This document shows, one piece after another, positions 56,261-64,000 of a stretch of DNA of 64,000 nucleotides. A program made the translations under genes and the position numbers. Location: contig CAVVLJ010000017.1 of assembly GCA_963749075.1 (NCBI GenBank), positions 192,001 to 256,000 on the forward strand. The letters are read 5' to 3'. Each line of letters starts with the position of its first letter. The first letter of the stretch is position 1. This DNA comes from an uncultured Pseudomonadota bacterium. GTDB taxonomy: Bacteria; Pseudomonadota; Alphaproteobacteria; JACZXZ01. The notes under the pieces are model-generated. The model was not told where the DNA came from, did not search any database, and saw only the letters and a program-made list of their open reading frames with translations.

Positions 56261-57169
56261 ATGCCGCGTGCGGGGGCGCTGCCGTCGGCGGTCGCGCGGA
56301 AATCGCTCCGCTGGATCCACGGCAACCTCGGCCGCTTCGATCCCTTCGCCAAGTCGCCGGTCGCCGAGGATACCAGGCACAAGGCGCTGGCCGAGCTGGC
56401 CCTTCTCTGTCTCATCGCGCGGCGTCACGGGGATTTGGCGACACTGCCCGAGCTGGGCCAAGCCATGGCCTTCGTGGCCAGGCTGAGCGGCGACACCTTC
56501 TTCGAGGCGAGCCTCTGCCGGTGGAACGACGGCGTCGTTCCCGTGCTCATCTTCACGGCGGCTCTCGAGGCCTATGGACTTGCCCCGCACCGGAGCGGCC
56601 GGCGTCGGATGATCGAGAAGGTCGTGCGGGAGAGCAATCTCTGCATCATCGAGCGCCTCCCCTATCGGCAGCTCGAGTTGCGGCACATTCTCGATGCGGG
56701 CGGCTTCGCCCACGCGCTGCCGTCGTACCGCGAGCTCTGGCGCCGCACCCTCGTGGCGCAGGGGCCGAACCTGATGCTGCTCTCCGACGATGACGTCTAC
56801 AGCATCACCCATGCGCTCCTCTATGCCAGCGACTTCTCGGCGCGCCCGCTCGACTTCCTCGCGCAAGAGGAGGTCCAGCGCGTGCACGAGGCTGTCGTCC
56901 ACCTCCTCGGCGTCTATCTTCGCCGCAAGAACTGGGACCTGGCGGCCGAGCTCTTGGCCGCCGAGAGATGCCTTGGAAGGGTCTCCCGCCATTCGCTCAT
57001 GGGCTGGCGGCACTTGCTGGCGGCGCAGCAGGCCGACGGCCGCATGGACGGGCCGCAGCTCGAGCGGCTGGCCGACGGCGAGCGCGACGCGGAGCGCCTA
57101 TTCGATGCCTGCTACCATACCACCTTGGTGGCAGCACTCGCGGGTGCCGTGTGGACGAGGCGGCTCTGA
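56261..57169 (+). CDS. Helical (alpha/alpha-toroid-like) enzyme, DUF6895-like; putative peptide-modifying enzyme 1
   Basis: GGAG RBS, start MPRAG; motifs KALAEL, YSITHALLYASDF, WDLAAELL, LLAAQQADG, CYHTTLVAALA; family assignment from recall, not searched. Confidence 0.7.
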   Translation: MPRAGALPSAVARKSLRWIHGNLGRFDPFAKSPVAEDTRHKALAELALLCLIARRHGDLATLPELGQAMAFVARLSGDTFFEASLCRWNDGVVPVLIFTAALEAYGLAPHRSGRRRMIEKVVRESNLCIIERLPYRQLELRHILDAGGFAHALPSYRELWRRTLVAQGPNLMLLSDDDVYSITHALLYASDFSARPLDFLAQEEVQRVHEAVVHLLGVYLRRKNWDLAAELLAAERCLGRVSRHSLMGWRHLLAAQQADGRMDGPQLERLADGERDAERLFDACYHTTLVAALAGAVWTRRL

Positions 57170-58083
57170 TGCTCGCTGCGGACGCCGCCCGCCCGCTCCT
57201 CGGCAATGCGGCGCCGCATGACGCCGGGATCGGCCAAAGCCTCGGCGCCGCGCAAGCCTGGCTTGGCGGCCTCTCCCTGGCGATGCGCCGGCGCGCTTTC
57301 TCCGAGCGCTCCCTGCAATGCCTCTTGGGATTGTGGATTTGCGCCCGCGCGCTCGAGGCGGAGCCGAGCCGCGGCCTCGCGGCGCTGGCCGGCGTCGTCT
57401 CGCAACAGCTGGCGCCGCTGCAAGAGGCCGCGATCTCCTCCTGCGATGCGAAGCTGCTGCTTCTTGCGCTCCATATCCTGAGGACGCTCGGCCTCGCCGC
57501 CGACGGCCTCGAGCGCTACGCCCGGAAAGTCGCCGATGCGCTTCGCGGCGCCGGCGAAGCGCGCAAGGATCACCTCGGCGAGGTCATTATTCTCTCCCAT
57601 CTCGGATTGGCCGCCTATCCGGGCGGCGACGGCGGCGAGCCTTGGCTCACGCCGCGCGCGGCGCGCGAGCTCCTCGCAGCCGATGCCGAGGCGATCCGCG
57701 GCCTTCATGCGCGCATTTGCGCCGCGACGCACTTCGGCACGCGGACGGGCCGCCGGCTGCCGCAGCACCGGGAGATCGCCTATGCGGTGAGGGTCCTCCT
57801 CATCGATGCATTGAACCGCTACGACATTGCCACGGGCGCCATATTGCTGCGCCTCGCCGCCTATTTGGACCCCGCGAGTGCCGTCATCCGAGACGCGCGG
57901 TCGTTCCTCACGCTTCAGCAGCTGCCGGACGGCCGCTTCGGCCAATACGGCCTCCACGCCGCGGCGCTGCGCGACGCCGGACTGGATGCGAGCTTGGACC
58001 TACACCTCCCGCTCACCGTATCCTGCGTGTGGGCGCTCGCCGAGAGCGCAATCCCGCGCTTCCGGCTCTTGGCACTCGGCTGA
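57169..58083 (+). CDS. Divergent paralogous helical enzyme, DUF6895-like; putative peptide-modifying enzyme 2
   Basis: TGATG stop/start overlap with enzyme 1; AATHFG, YDIATGAILLR, FLTLQQLPDGRFG (QxxDG motif), HLPLTVSCVWAL. Confidence 0.65.
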   Translation: MLAADAARPLLGNAAPHDAGIGQSLGAAQAWLGGLSLAMRRRAFSERSLQCLLGLWICARALEAEPSRGLAALAGVVSQQLAPLQEAAISSCDAKLLLLALHILRTLGLAADGLERYARKVADALRGAGEARKDHLGEVIILSHLGLAAYPGGDGGEPWLTPRAARELLAADAEAIRGLHARICAATHFGTRTGRRLPQHREIAYAVRVLLIDALNRYDIATGAILLRLAAYLDPASAVIRDARSFLTLQQLPDGRFGQYGLHAAALRDAGLDASLDLHLPLTVSCVWALAESAIPRFRLLALG

Positions 58084-58102
58084 GAGCGGCTCCGGCAGGC
58101 TG

Positions 58103-58529
58103 GGATCGCGGTACAGTTTGAATTTCTTGAGCGCTTTTAGCCTCTCCCATCGCGACCGGAGCCGTGCCATACTTAGAGCATGGCCAAAATCGCTTTAACA
58201 CCAGCGGAAGCGGCAGAGTTACGTCAGCTCACCAGTGATCTGGATCAGGCACATCAACAGGCCGTTGCCGCGTTTCGACGCCACCCTGAGGGTGAATCCC
58301 TCGCCGTCTTTTGGGAGTCGGTAGAAAGAGTTGATGCTATCGTCCAACGAATCAAGAAAATACAGGACGCATAATGGCGACCAAACGACTGAAGCACCCG
58401 CGCGACCCGCTCCGGCTCGCCAAGCTCATCGGCGACAAAGCTACTGGGCAGATCGAGGATCGTGTAGAGGATAACCAACCGATCTTTGGCAGGCTTGCCC
58501 AGCAGCGTTTTTCAAACTGTACCACTACC
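58103..58529. mobile_element. Non-autonomous IS1-like remnant (427 bp)
   Basis: Inverted repeats GGTACAGTTTGAA (58110-58122) and TTCAAACTGTACCACTACC (58511-58529); 8-bp direct repeat GCAGGCTG on both flanks; lower GC; no transposase. Confidence 0.8.
58180..58374 (+). CDS. Small helical hypothetical protein (passenger in the IS remnant)
   Basis: 64-aa ORF with amphipathic helices, TAATG-coupled to the next ORF. Confidence 0.55.
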   Translation: MAKIALTPAEAAELRQLTSDLDQAHQQAVAAFRRHPEGESLAVFWESVERVDAIVQRIKKIQDA

Positions 58530-58547
58530 GCAGGCTGCCGCTCGTAG
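58374..58547 (+). pseudogene. Truncated small basic IS-associated protein (KxPRDP..LAKLI.D.ATG motif)
   Basis: MATKRLKHPRDPLRLAKLIGDKATGQIEDR..., then reads through the right IR; I recall this motif from small ORFs beside IS1/IS1595-type transposases. Confidence 0.5.
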
Positions 58548-58572
58548 CGCGGCGCCCCGCGGCGAGGTACAA

Positions 58573-59523
58573 ATGGGCGCGCCCCAGCTCGCCGCCCCCG
58601 CCCGGTCGGATCCCATGGACAAGCACGACCTCTCGCGCCGCGATGCCATCCTGCTGCTTGCCGCGGTCGTCCTTGCCTGGGGCGGCAATTGGCCGGTCAG
58701 CAAGGTCATCCTCGCGAGCGTGCCGCCGCTCTGGACCACGGCGTTGCGCTCGGCCTTGGGCACGCTCGTGCTGCTCGCCATCGCCGCGGGCCGCGGGCGC
58801 CTCATCCTGCCGCGCCGCGGCGACCTGCCGGTCGTGCTCAGCATCGGTCTCCTCCACATGGTCGGCTTCTCGGCACTGGCGAGCATAGGGCTGCGCTATG
58901 TGCCGGCGGGCCGCTCGATCGTGCTTGCCTACACCACGCCGCTCTGGGTGGCGCCGGCCGCGTGGCTGCTGCTCAAGGAGCCGATCACGCTCAGGCGCGC
59001 GGGCGGCATCGCCCTCGGCCTCGCAGGGCTTGCCCTCATGTTCAATCCCGCCGGTTTCGATTGGAGCGACCGCACGGCGCTCCTCGGCAACGGCCTCGTG
59101 CTGCTCGCCGCACTCTCCTGGGCCGGAAGCATCCTCTACGTGCGCGCCCACAGATGGGTGTCGGCGCCCTTCGAGCTGCTCATCTGGGAGGCGCTCCTCG
59201 CCACCGCCATCCTCGTTCCCTTGGCGCTCCTCTTCGAGGGCCTTCCGCACGTCACGTGGAGCGCCGAGCTCGTCCTCCTGCTGCTCTACGCCGGCGCCTT
59301 CGGGATAGCGCTGCCCTACTGGGCCGTCACCCTCGTCAACCGCAGCCTGCCGGCGGCCACCACGTCCCTCGGGCTCCTCGCCGTGCCGGTGTTCGGCGTC
59401 GCCTGCTCGGCGGTGACGCTCGGCGAGAGAGTGAGCCTCTCCCTCCTCGCCGCCATGGCGCTCATCATCGGCGGCATCGCCGCCGGCAGCGGCCTGGCGG
59501 CGCCCGGGAAACACCTGCGCTAG
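58573..59523 (+). CDS. DMT/EamA family transporter
   Basis: AWGGNWPVSK, PPLW..ALR, LAYTTPLWV, LKEP, VPVFG....LGE; about 10 TM segments. Confidence 0.9.
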   Translation: MGAPQLAAPARSDPMDKHDLSRRDAILLLAAVVLAWGGNWPVSKVILASVPPLWTTALRSALGTLVLLAIAAGRGRLILPRRGDLPVVLSIGLLHMVGFSALASIGLRYVPAGRSIVLAYTTPLWVAPAAWLLLKEPITLRRAGGIALGLAGLALMFNPAGFDWSDRTALLGNGLVLLAALSWAGSILYVRAHRWVSAPFELLIWEALLATAILVPLALLFEGLPHVTWSAELVLLLLYAGAFGIALPYWAVTLVNRSLPAATTSLGLLAVPVFGVACSAVTLGERVSLSLLAAMALIIGGIAAGSGLAAPGKHLR

Positions 59524-59754
59524 GTGGTGAACGCATAAAACCGGGCTGACAGGAACGGTTGAGCTTTCGCTTCAGGAGCGAAAGCGGCAATCCTTTACCA
59601 ATCGCGACATGTCGCGGAAGTGCCGAGAGCGGCGGTCCGGCCAATAGTGCCGTCGTCACGCTGGCTTATCGCAAGGGAGCAAGGCGATCCCGCCGCTGGC
59701 CACCGGGAATAGGTGGGCGCTCCCGACGATGCGGTTCTCCTCGTGAGCGGTTGC

Positions 59755-60063
59755 TCAGGAGCCGGACGGGGGCTTCGGCCGTGCTGCCTTAGCGGCGGCC
59801 AGAGCCTCCTTGCAGCCCGTCGACAGCTGGCCGGCATGCTGCCGGAAGCAGGCGATGATGCGGCCGCCGCCGGGATGCACGCCCGGACATAGCGCGTGGT
59901 AGTCGGCGGCACAGGCCTGCCGGGCAGTGCGCCCGGCCGGTGCGACCTGCTGCTGGGCGGACGTCGCACCGTCGTAGCCCCAGAGCGCGATGACAGCGGC
60001 AACGGCGACGGCGGCGTATTTCGCCATCGACGGCGTCGCGATGCGTGCGATCCGAAATATCAT
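59755..60063 (-). CDS. Small secreted cysteine-rich-repeat protein
   Basis: AAGGAGG RBS, signal peptide, ACAADYHALCPGVHPGGGRIIACF...LSTGCKEAL. Confidence 0.8.
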   Translation of the reverse strand: MIFRIARIATPSMAKYAAVAVAAVIALWGYDGATSAQQQVAPAGRTARQACAADYHALCPGVHPGGGRIIACFRQHAGQLSTGCKEALAAAKAARPKPPSGS

Positions 60064-60482
60064 CGTAGCCTCCTTACCGCGCAGGCCCGGCCCCGGTCGA
60101 ACTTCTCGCCATTCCCGCTGCTTTGCAGTCCCTGAGGAGCGCTTGAAGCATCGCTCGCAGCTCGGGCATCGCTAATGAGAGGCCGCGGGCGCCCGCCTTT
60201 CGCTCGCCGGCTTCGGCAAAAGCAGGAAATCGCGCAGGCCGCGGAGACTACACCTGCATCCGTAACGAAATTGTTATGAGTTTTTCCTCGCCCTGGCGCT
60301 CATGGTTGGAGCCCATGCCAGCGGACTCGCGCCAGGACTCATGTAGTTGGAGTGGGTGAGCGTCGGCTCCGGGCCACCGCGAAGGATGGCCGCATGCGCG
60401 CCAGGTCCGCTTTGCTGCTCAATCCGGGATTGCCCATCGGCTCTAGCTGCCGGCGATGGCTGCGGCTCTATGAGTCCGCGCG

Positions 60483-61811
60483 CTACAACTTGCGCATGCG
60501 CGAGAGGGGAACCTCCTCGTTCTCGGTCTCGATCGCGGAGCTCTTGTAATGGATGGCGCAGGGCGCACCAGCAACAGCCGACTCGCGCACCTCGGCCGGG
60601 TACCAGGCGCCGTCGCTTTCGACGACGACCCGCTCGCCCTTCTCGCAACGCCCCGCCGGCTCGCCGGGGCCATCGACGCTCCACGGCCTGAGACGCTCGG
60701 GGCCGAGGGCCTCGTCCTCGTCGGCGCCGTAGCCGTCATAACGCACGAGGCAGAGGCCCTTCTCCTTGGCCTGGTCGAGCGCCGTCGCCGCGTACCACGC
60801 CTCCTTCGAGAGGGCGTAGAAGCGGGTGCCCGGCTTGCACGGCGCCGTGGCGGCACTTGCCTGCTCGACCGCCGCCACCGGTGCGGCCGCGGCGGCGGGT
60901 GCCGGCGCCGCCGCGTAGCTCTTGCCGGCATAGGTCGCGCTGGCGCCCAAGGTCTTGGCGATGCTCGCCGTCATCGCCTCCTTGACGGGGGCGCTGCCGG
61001 CGGCACCTCCCGGCGGGGCGAAGGTGATCTCGAGCGGGCCCTTGGGCGCGCGATAGTCCTGGAGAAGCGCCAGCAGCGCATTGACGAGCGGCGTGCCTTC
61101 GTCGCCCTGCTTGGCCGCCAGCACGCCGAGCACGCCCGCCCATTCGCCCACCACGAAATCCTCGCTCTTGCCCTGCTCCTTGGCGCTCGCCGAGACGACT
61201 TTGCCAAGAAGCGACTGGTCCTCGTAGGCGAGCGAGCCCGAGCGCAGCCCCACATTGTCGAAGGAGGCCTCGGCGAGCTTGGCGCCGCGCATCTCGATGT
61301 TGGCGAGATCGACGGCAAGCCGCAGCTTGGCCAGGCCGGGAAATTCCAGCGAGACCGTGGCGATCTTGAGCTCCTTGCCGCCCTCGGCCACCTGGTAGTC
61401 CACCTCGAGATTGGCCTTGTAGGGGCCGGGCCCGAGCATCTCGGCCACCTCGGGCGGCAGGGCGGAGTTGGCGCCGACCGAGATGCCGGCGAAGCGCGCG
61501 CGCAAGCGCCACGGCGCATCGCCCTTGGCGATGCCGTCGAAGTCGATGTCGTCGATCGTGACGCTGGCGATGCTCACCGGGTCTTCCGGCGGCTTGCCGG
61601 GCTTGGGCAGCGGCGTCACCACAACGTCGCTGAGCACGAGGCTCGCCGGCCCCGTCGCGGTCGCCTTGGCGTAAGTGAGCGTGGCATCCTTGAACGTCGG
61701 CTTGACGATGCGCTCGAAGAGCTCGACCGAATCGGCCGCCGCGGCTCGGCACCCGAGAAGTGCCGCCGCCACCAGTGCTGCGGCCAGAATGCCGCGTCCC
61801 GTCGTCCGCAT
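60483..61811 (-). CDS. Secreted hypothetical protein with C-terminal tandem Tudor/Agenet-like domains
   Basis: Strong RBS, signal peptide; N-domain paralogous to 54567..55508; Ala/Pro linker; two repeats G.R....WY.A......C.V/I.Y......E.....R.R. Confidence 0.78.
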   Translation of the reverse strand: MRTTGRGILAAALVAAALLGCRAAAADSVELFERIVKPTFKDATLTYAKATATGPASLVLSDVVVTPLPKPGKPPEDPVSIASVTIDDIDFDGIAKGDAPWRLRARFAGISVGANSALPPEVAEMLGPGPYKANLEVDYQVAEGGKELKIATVSLEFPGLAKLRLAVDLANIEMRGAKLAEASFDNVGLRSGSLAYEDQSLLGKVVSASAKEQGKSEDFVVGEWAGVLGVLAAKQGDEGTPLVNALLALLQDYRAPKGPLEITFAPPGGAAGSAPVKEAMTASIAKTLGASATYAGKSYAAAPAPAAAAAPVAAVEQASAATAPCKPGTRFYALSKEAWYAATALDQAKEKGLCLVRYDGYGADEDEALGPERLRPWSVDGPGEPAGRCEKGERVVVESDGAWYPAEVRESAVAGAPCAIHYKSSAIETENEEVPLSRMRKL

Positions 61812-61843
61812 TTCTCCCCTCCTCCGTATGGTGCCGTTCTCGC

Positions 61844-62782
61844 CTAGACCTGGAAATCGAGGCGGAGGAAGCGGTAGAGCTCCGGACGCTCCGGCCAATC
61901 GGCCGCCGCCTTGACGTGCAGCATCAGGTGGACGCGGCGGCCGACGAGGCTCTCGAGCTCGCGGCGCGCCGCGGCGCCGATCGACTTGATGCGAGCACCA
62001 CCCTTGCCTAACACGATGCCGCGCTGGCCCTCGCGCTCCACGTAGATGATGGCGCCGACCTTGGCGCTGCCGTCGGCGAACTCCTCCCAGCTCTCGATGT
62101 CGACGGCGCTCGCATAGGGCAGCTCCTGGTGGAGCTGGAGGAAGACCTGCTCGCGCACGAGCTCGGCTGCAAGCAGGCGCAGCGGCAGGTCGGAGAGCTG
62201 GTCCTCGTCATAGAGCCAGGGACCCGCCGGCACGCGCGCCGCGAGGAAGGCGCGCAAATCCTGAACGCCGTCGCCGCTGAGCGCCGAGATCATGAAGCTC
62301 TCGCGAAAGATGCCGGAGCGGTTGAGCTCGTCAGCCAAGGCCAGGAGCGAGGGCTTCTTCACCCGGTCGATCTTGTTGAGCACGAGCACGGCCGAGAGGC
62401 CGGCCGCCTTGAGCCCGTCCACGATGCGCCGCGTCTCGTGGTCGTAGCCGCGCGCCGCGTCGACGACGAGGCAGGCGATGTCGGCGTCGCGGGCACCCTG
62501 CCAGGCGGCCGCGACCATGGCACGGTCGAGGCGGCGGCGCGGTTGAAAGATGCCGGGCGTGTCGACGAGCACGAGCTGCACGGCACCGGCCATCGCGATG
62601 CCGATGATGCGCGTGCGCGTGGTCTGCACCTTGGGCGTCACGATCGACACCTTGGCGCCGACGAGCGCGTTGGTGAGCGTCGACTTGCCGGCATTGGGGG
62701 CGCCGAGGATGGCGACGAAGCCGCAGCGCCGCTCCGGCGCGGCTGCGGCACCCCCTTGGGCGCCCTGCAGCGCCTCAGCCAT
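61844..62782 (-). CDS. era: GTPase Era
   Basis: GAPNAGKSTL, QTTR, DTPG, NKID, QELPY, KH domain. Confidence 0.97.
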   Translation of the reverse strand: MAEALQGAQGGAAAAPERRCGFVAILGAPNAGKSTLTNALVGAKVSIVTPKVQTTRTRIIGIAMAGAVQLVLVDTPGIFQPRRRLDRAMVAAAWQGARDADIACLVVDAARGYDHETRRIVDGLKAAGLSAVLVLNKIDRVKKPSLLALADELNRSGIFRESFMISALSGDGVQDLRAFLAARVPAGPWLYDEDQLSDLPLRLLAAELVREQVFLQLHQELPYASAVDIESWEEFADGSAKVGAIIYVEREGQRGIVLGKGGARIKSIGAAARRELESLVGRRVHLMLHVKAAADWPERPELYRFLRLDFQV

Positions 62783-63485
62783 CGTCCTTGCCCGAGACGC
62801 TGGCAAGGAGGAGGCGCGCGGCGGCCGCCTGCTCGGCCGCCCGCTTGGAGCGCCCGCGCGCCTCGGCCGGCGGCAGGCCCTCGACCGAGACGGCGATCGT
62901 GAACATGGGCGCGTGCGACGGCCCCTCGACGGACACGGTGTGGTAGGCCGGGAGCGGCAGCTTCTGCCCCTGCGCCCATTCCTGGAGTGCGGTCTTGGCG
63001 TCGCGCGGCGGGGTCTCGTCCTCCTCGATGAGGGGCGTCCAGTAGCGCTCGATGAAGGGGCGCGACGCCTCGATGCCGCCGTCGAGGTAGAGTGCCGCGA
63101 TCACCGCCTCGCAGGCGTCGGCGAGGAGCGTCGGGCTCTTGCGGCTGCCGGCCTCCGCCTCGCCCTTCGAGAGCCTGAGATGCTCGCCGAGCGCTATGCT
63201 GCGGGCGACGCGCACGAGGGAGTCGCGGCGCACCAGTGCGGTGTGGCGGCGCGTGAGCTCGCCCTCCTGCTCGCGCGGGAAGCGGTGGACGAGGAACTCG
63301 GCGACGAGCAGGCCGAGCACGCGGTCGCCGAGGAACTCGAGCCGCTCGTAGCCCTCCGGCACCTTGCCGCGCGCCTTGACGGCGCTCCGGTGGGTGAGCG
63401 CCTGGTCGAGCAGCTCTGGTCGCTCGAACTTGTGACCGAGTGCCTCCTCGAGCGCCTTGAGCTTGGCGGCCCGGCTCTCGGCCAC
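62775..63485 (-). CDS. rnc: Ribonuclease III
   Basis: ALTHRS, ERLEFLGDRVLGL, ADACEAVIAALYLDGG, dsRBD DAKTALQEW. Confidence 0.97.
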   Translation of the reverse strand: MAESRAAKLKALEEALGHKFERPELLDQALTHRSAVKARGKVPEGYERLEFLGDRVLGLLVAEFLVHRFPREQEGELTRRHTALVRRDSLVRVARSIALGEHLRLSKGEAEAGSRKSPTLLADACEAVIAALYLDGGIEASRPFIERYWTPLIEEDETPPRDAKTALQEWAQGQKLPLPAYHTVSVEGPSHAPMFTIAVSVEGLPPAEARGRSKRAAEQAAAARLLLASVSGKDDG

Positions 63486-63487
63486 GT

Positions 63488-64000
63488 CTAGCGGATCGCG
63501 GTGAAGAGCCGTGAGTAGCGCACGGCGTACGGCCACTTCCACACTTGCCACAGCGCTGCCGTGCCGTCGGTGGAGAAGAAGAGGAACTCGGCGCGGCCGA
63601 CCAGATTCTCCGCTGGCACGTAGCCGACCTGGGTGGTGCGGCTGTCGAGGGAGTTGTCGCGGTTGTCGCCCATCATGAAGTAATCGCCGGGCGGCACCAC
63701 ATAGACGCCCGTATTGTTGAGCGGGCCTTCGTCGGTGAGCTTGAGGATGGGATGGCTGACGCCGCCGGGCAGCGTCTCGATGTACTCGGGCGTGCGCATC
63801 TCGCTGCCGCCCTCGTCGTCCATGTAGTCCGCGGCGCGCGTCAGCTTGACCGGCTGGCCGTTGATGTTGAGCACGCCGTGGATGACCTGGATGTGGTCGC
63901 CCGGCAGCCCGATCACGCGCTTGATGTAATCGACCTTGGGGTCGCGCGGCAGCTTGAACACCGCCACATCGCCGCGCTTGGGCGATGTGAACAAGATGCG
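63488..64000 (-). CDS. lepB: Signal peptidase I (C-terminal part; start beyond window)
   Basis: RGDVAVFK, DYIKRVIGLPGD, MMGDNRDNSLDSR; lepB-rnc-era synteny. Confidence 0.96.
   Translation of the reverse strand, partial: RILFTSPKRGDVAVFKLPRDPKVDYIKRVIGLPGDHIQVIHGVLNINGQPVKLTRAADYMDDEGGSEMRTPEYIETLPGGVSHPILKLTDEGPLNNTGVYVVPPGDYFMMGDNRDNSLDSRTTQVGYVPAENLVGRAEFLFFSTDGTAALWQVWKWPYAVRYSRLFTAIR

Noticed and set aside
55747-58083. Assignment of the peptide cluster to lanthipeptides, ranthi/sactipeptides or cyanobactins
   Set aside because: No dehydratase/kinase, CxxxCxxC radical SAM, YcaO or protease genes; peptide B core has no Ser/Thr to dehydrate; enzymes show no clear LanC WC.G/CHG motifs
60064-60482. 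Short ORFs between the Cys-rich protein and the Tudor-domain gene
   Set aside because: No convincing RBS or motif; not supportable

Overview
High-GC alphaproteobacterial chromosome segment (Rhodospirillales-like gene order: rpiB-glyA-nrdR-ribD-ribE-ribB-ribH-nusB-thiL...hppA, mucR, and lepB-rnc-era-recO-parC). It is mostly housekeeping and catabolic genes, with several small accessory islets. The most notable locus lies between era and recO (about 55.7-59.5 kb). It holds two tandem paralogous ~60-aa peptide genes (near-identical helical N-terminus, C-terminal ML[VI]C-N-x-x-H-W-C-IIV core), two translationally coupled ~300-aa helical enzymes with QxxDG terpene-cyclase/prenyltransferase-like motifs, and an EamA transporter separated from them by a 427-bp IS1-like remnant. 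This has the architecture of an uncharacterised RiPP (ribosomal peptide natural product) cluster; that reading is inference. Other observations: three integrase-free islets each bracketed by a diverged copy of a neighbouring gene end (thiL, ilvA, RDD gene); an ISAs1 element inserted in the loop of a REP-like palindrome; a nested tandem-repeat hairpin; a low-GC DUF262/GmrSD-like defence gene; a secreted protein with tandem Tudor/Agenet-like domains; and four small frameshifts that are probably sequencing errors. No rRNA, tRNA or CRISPR array was seen.
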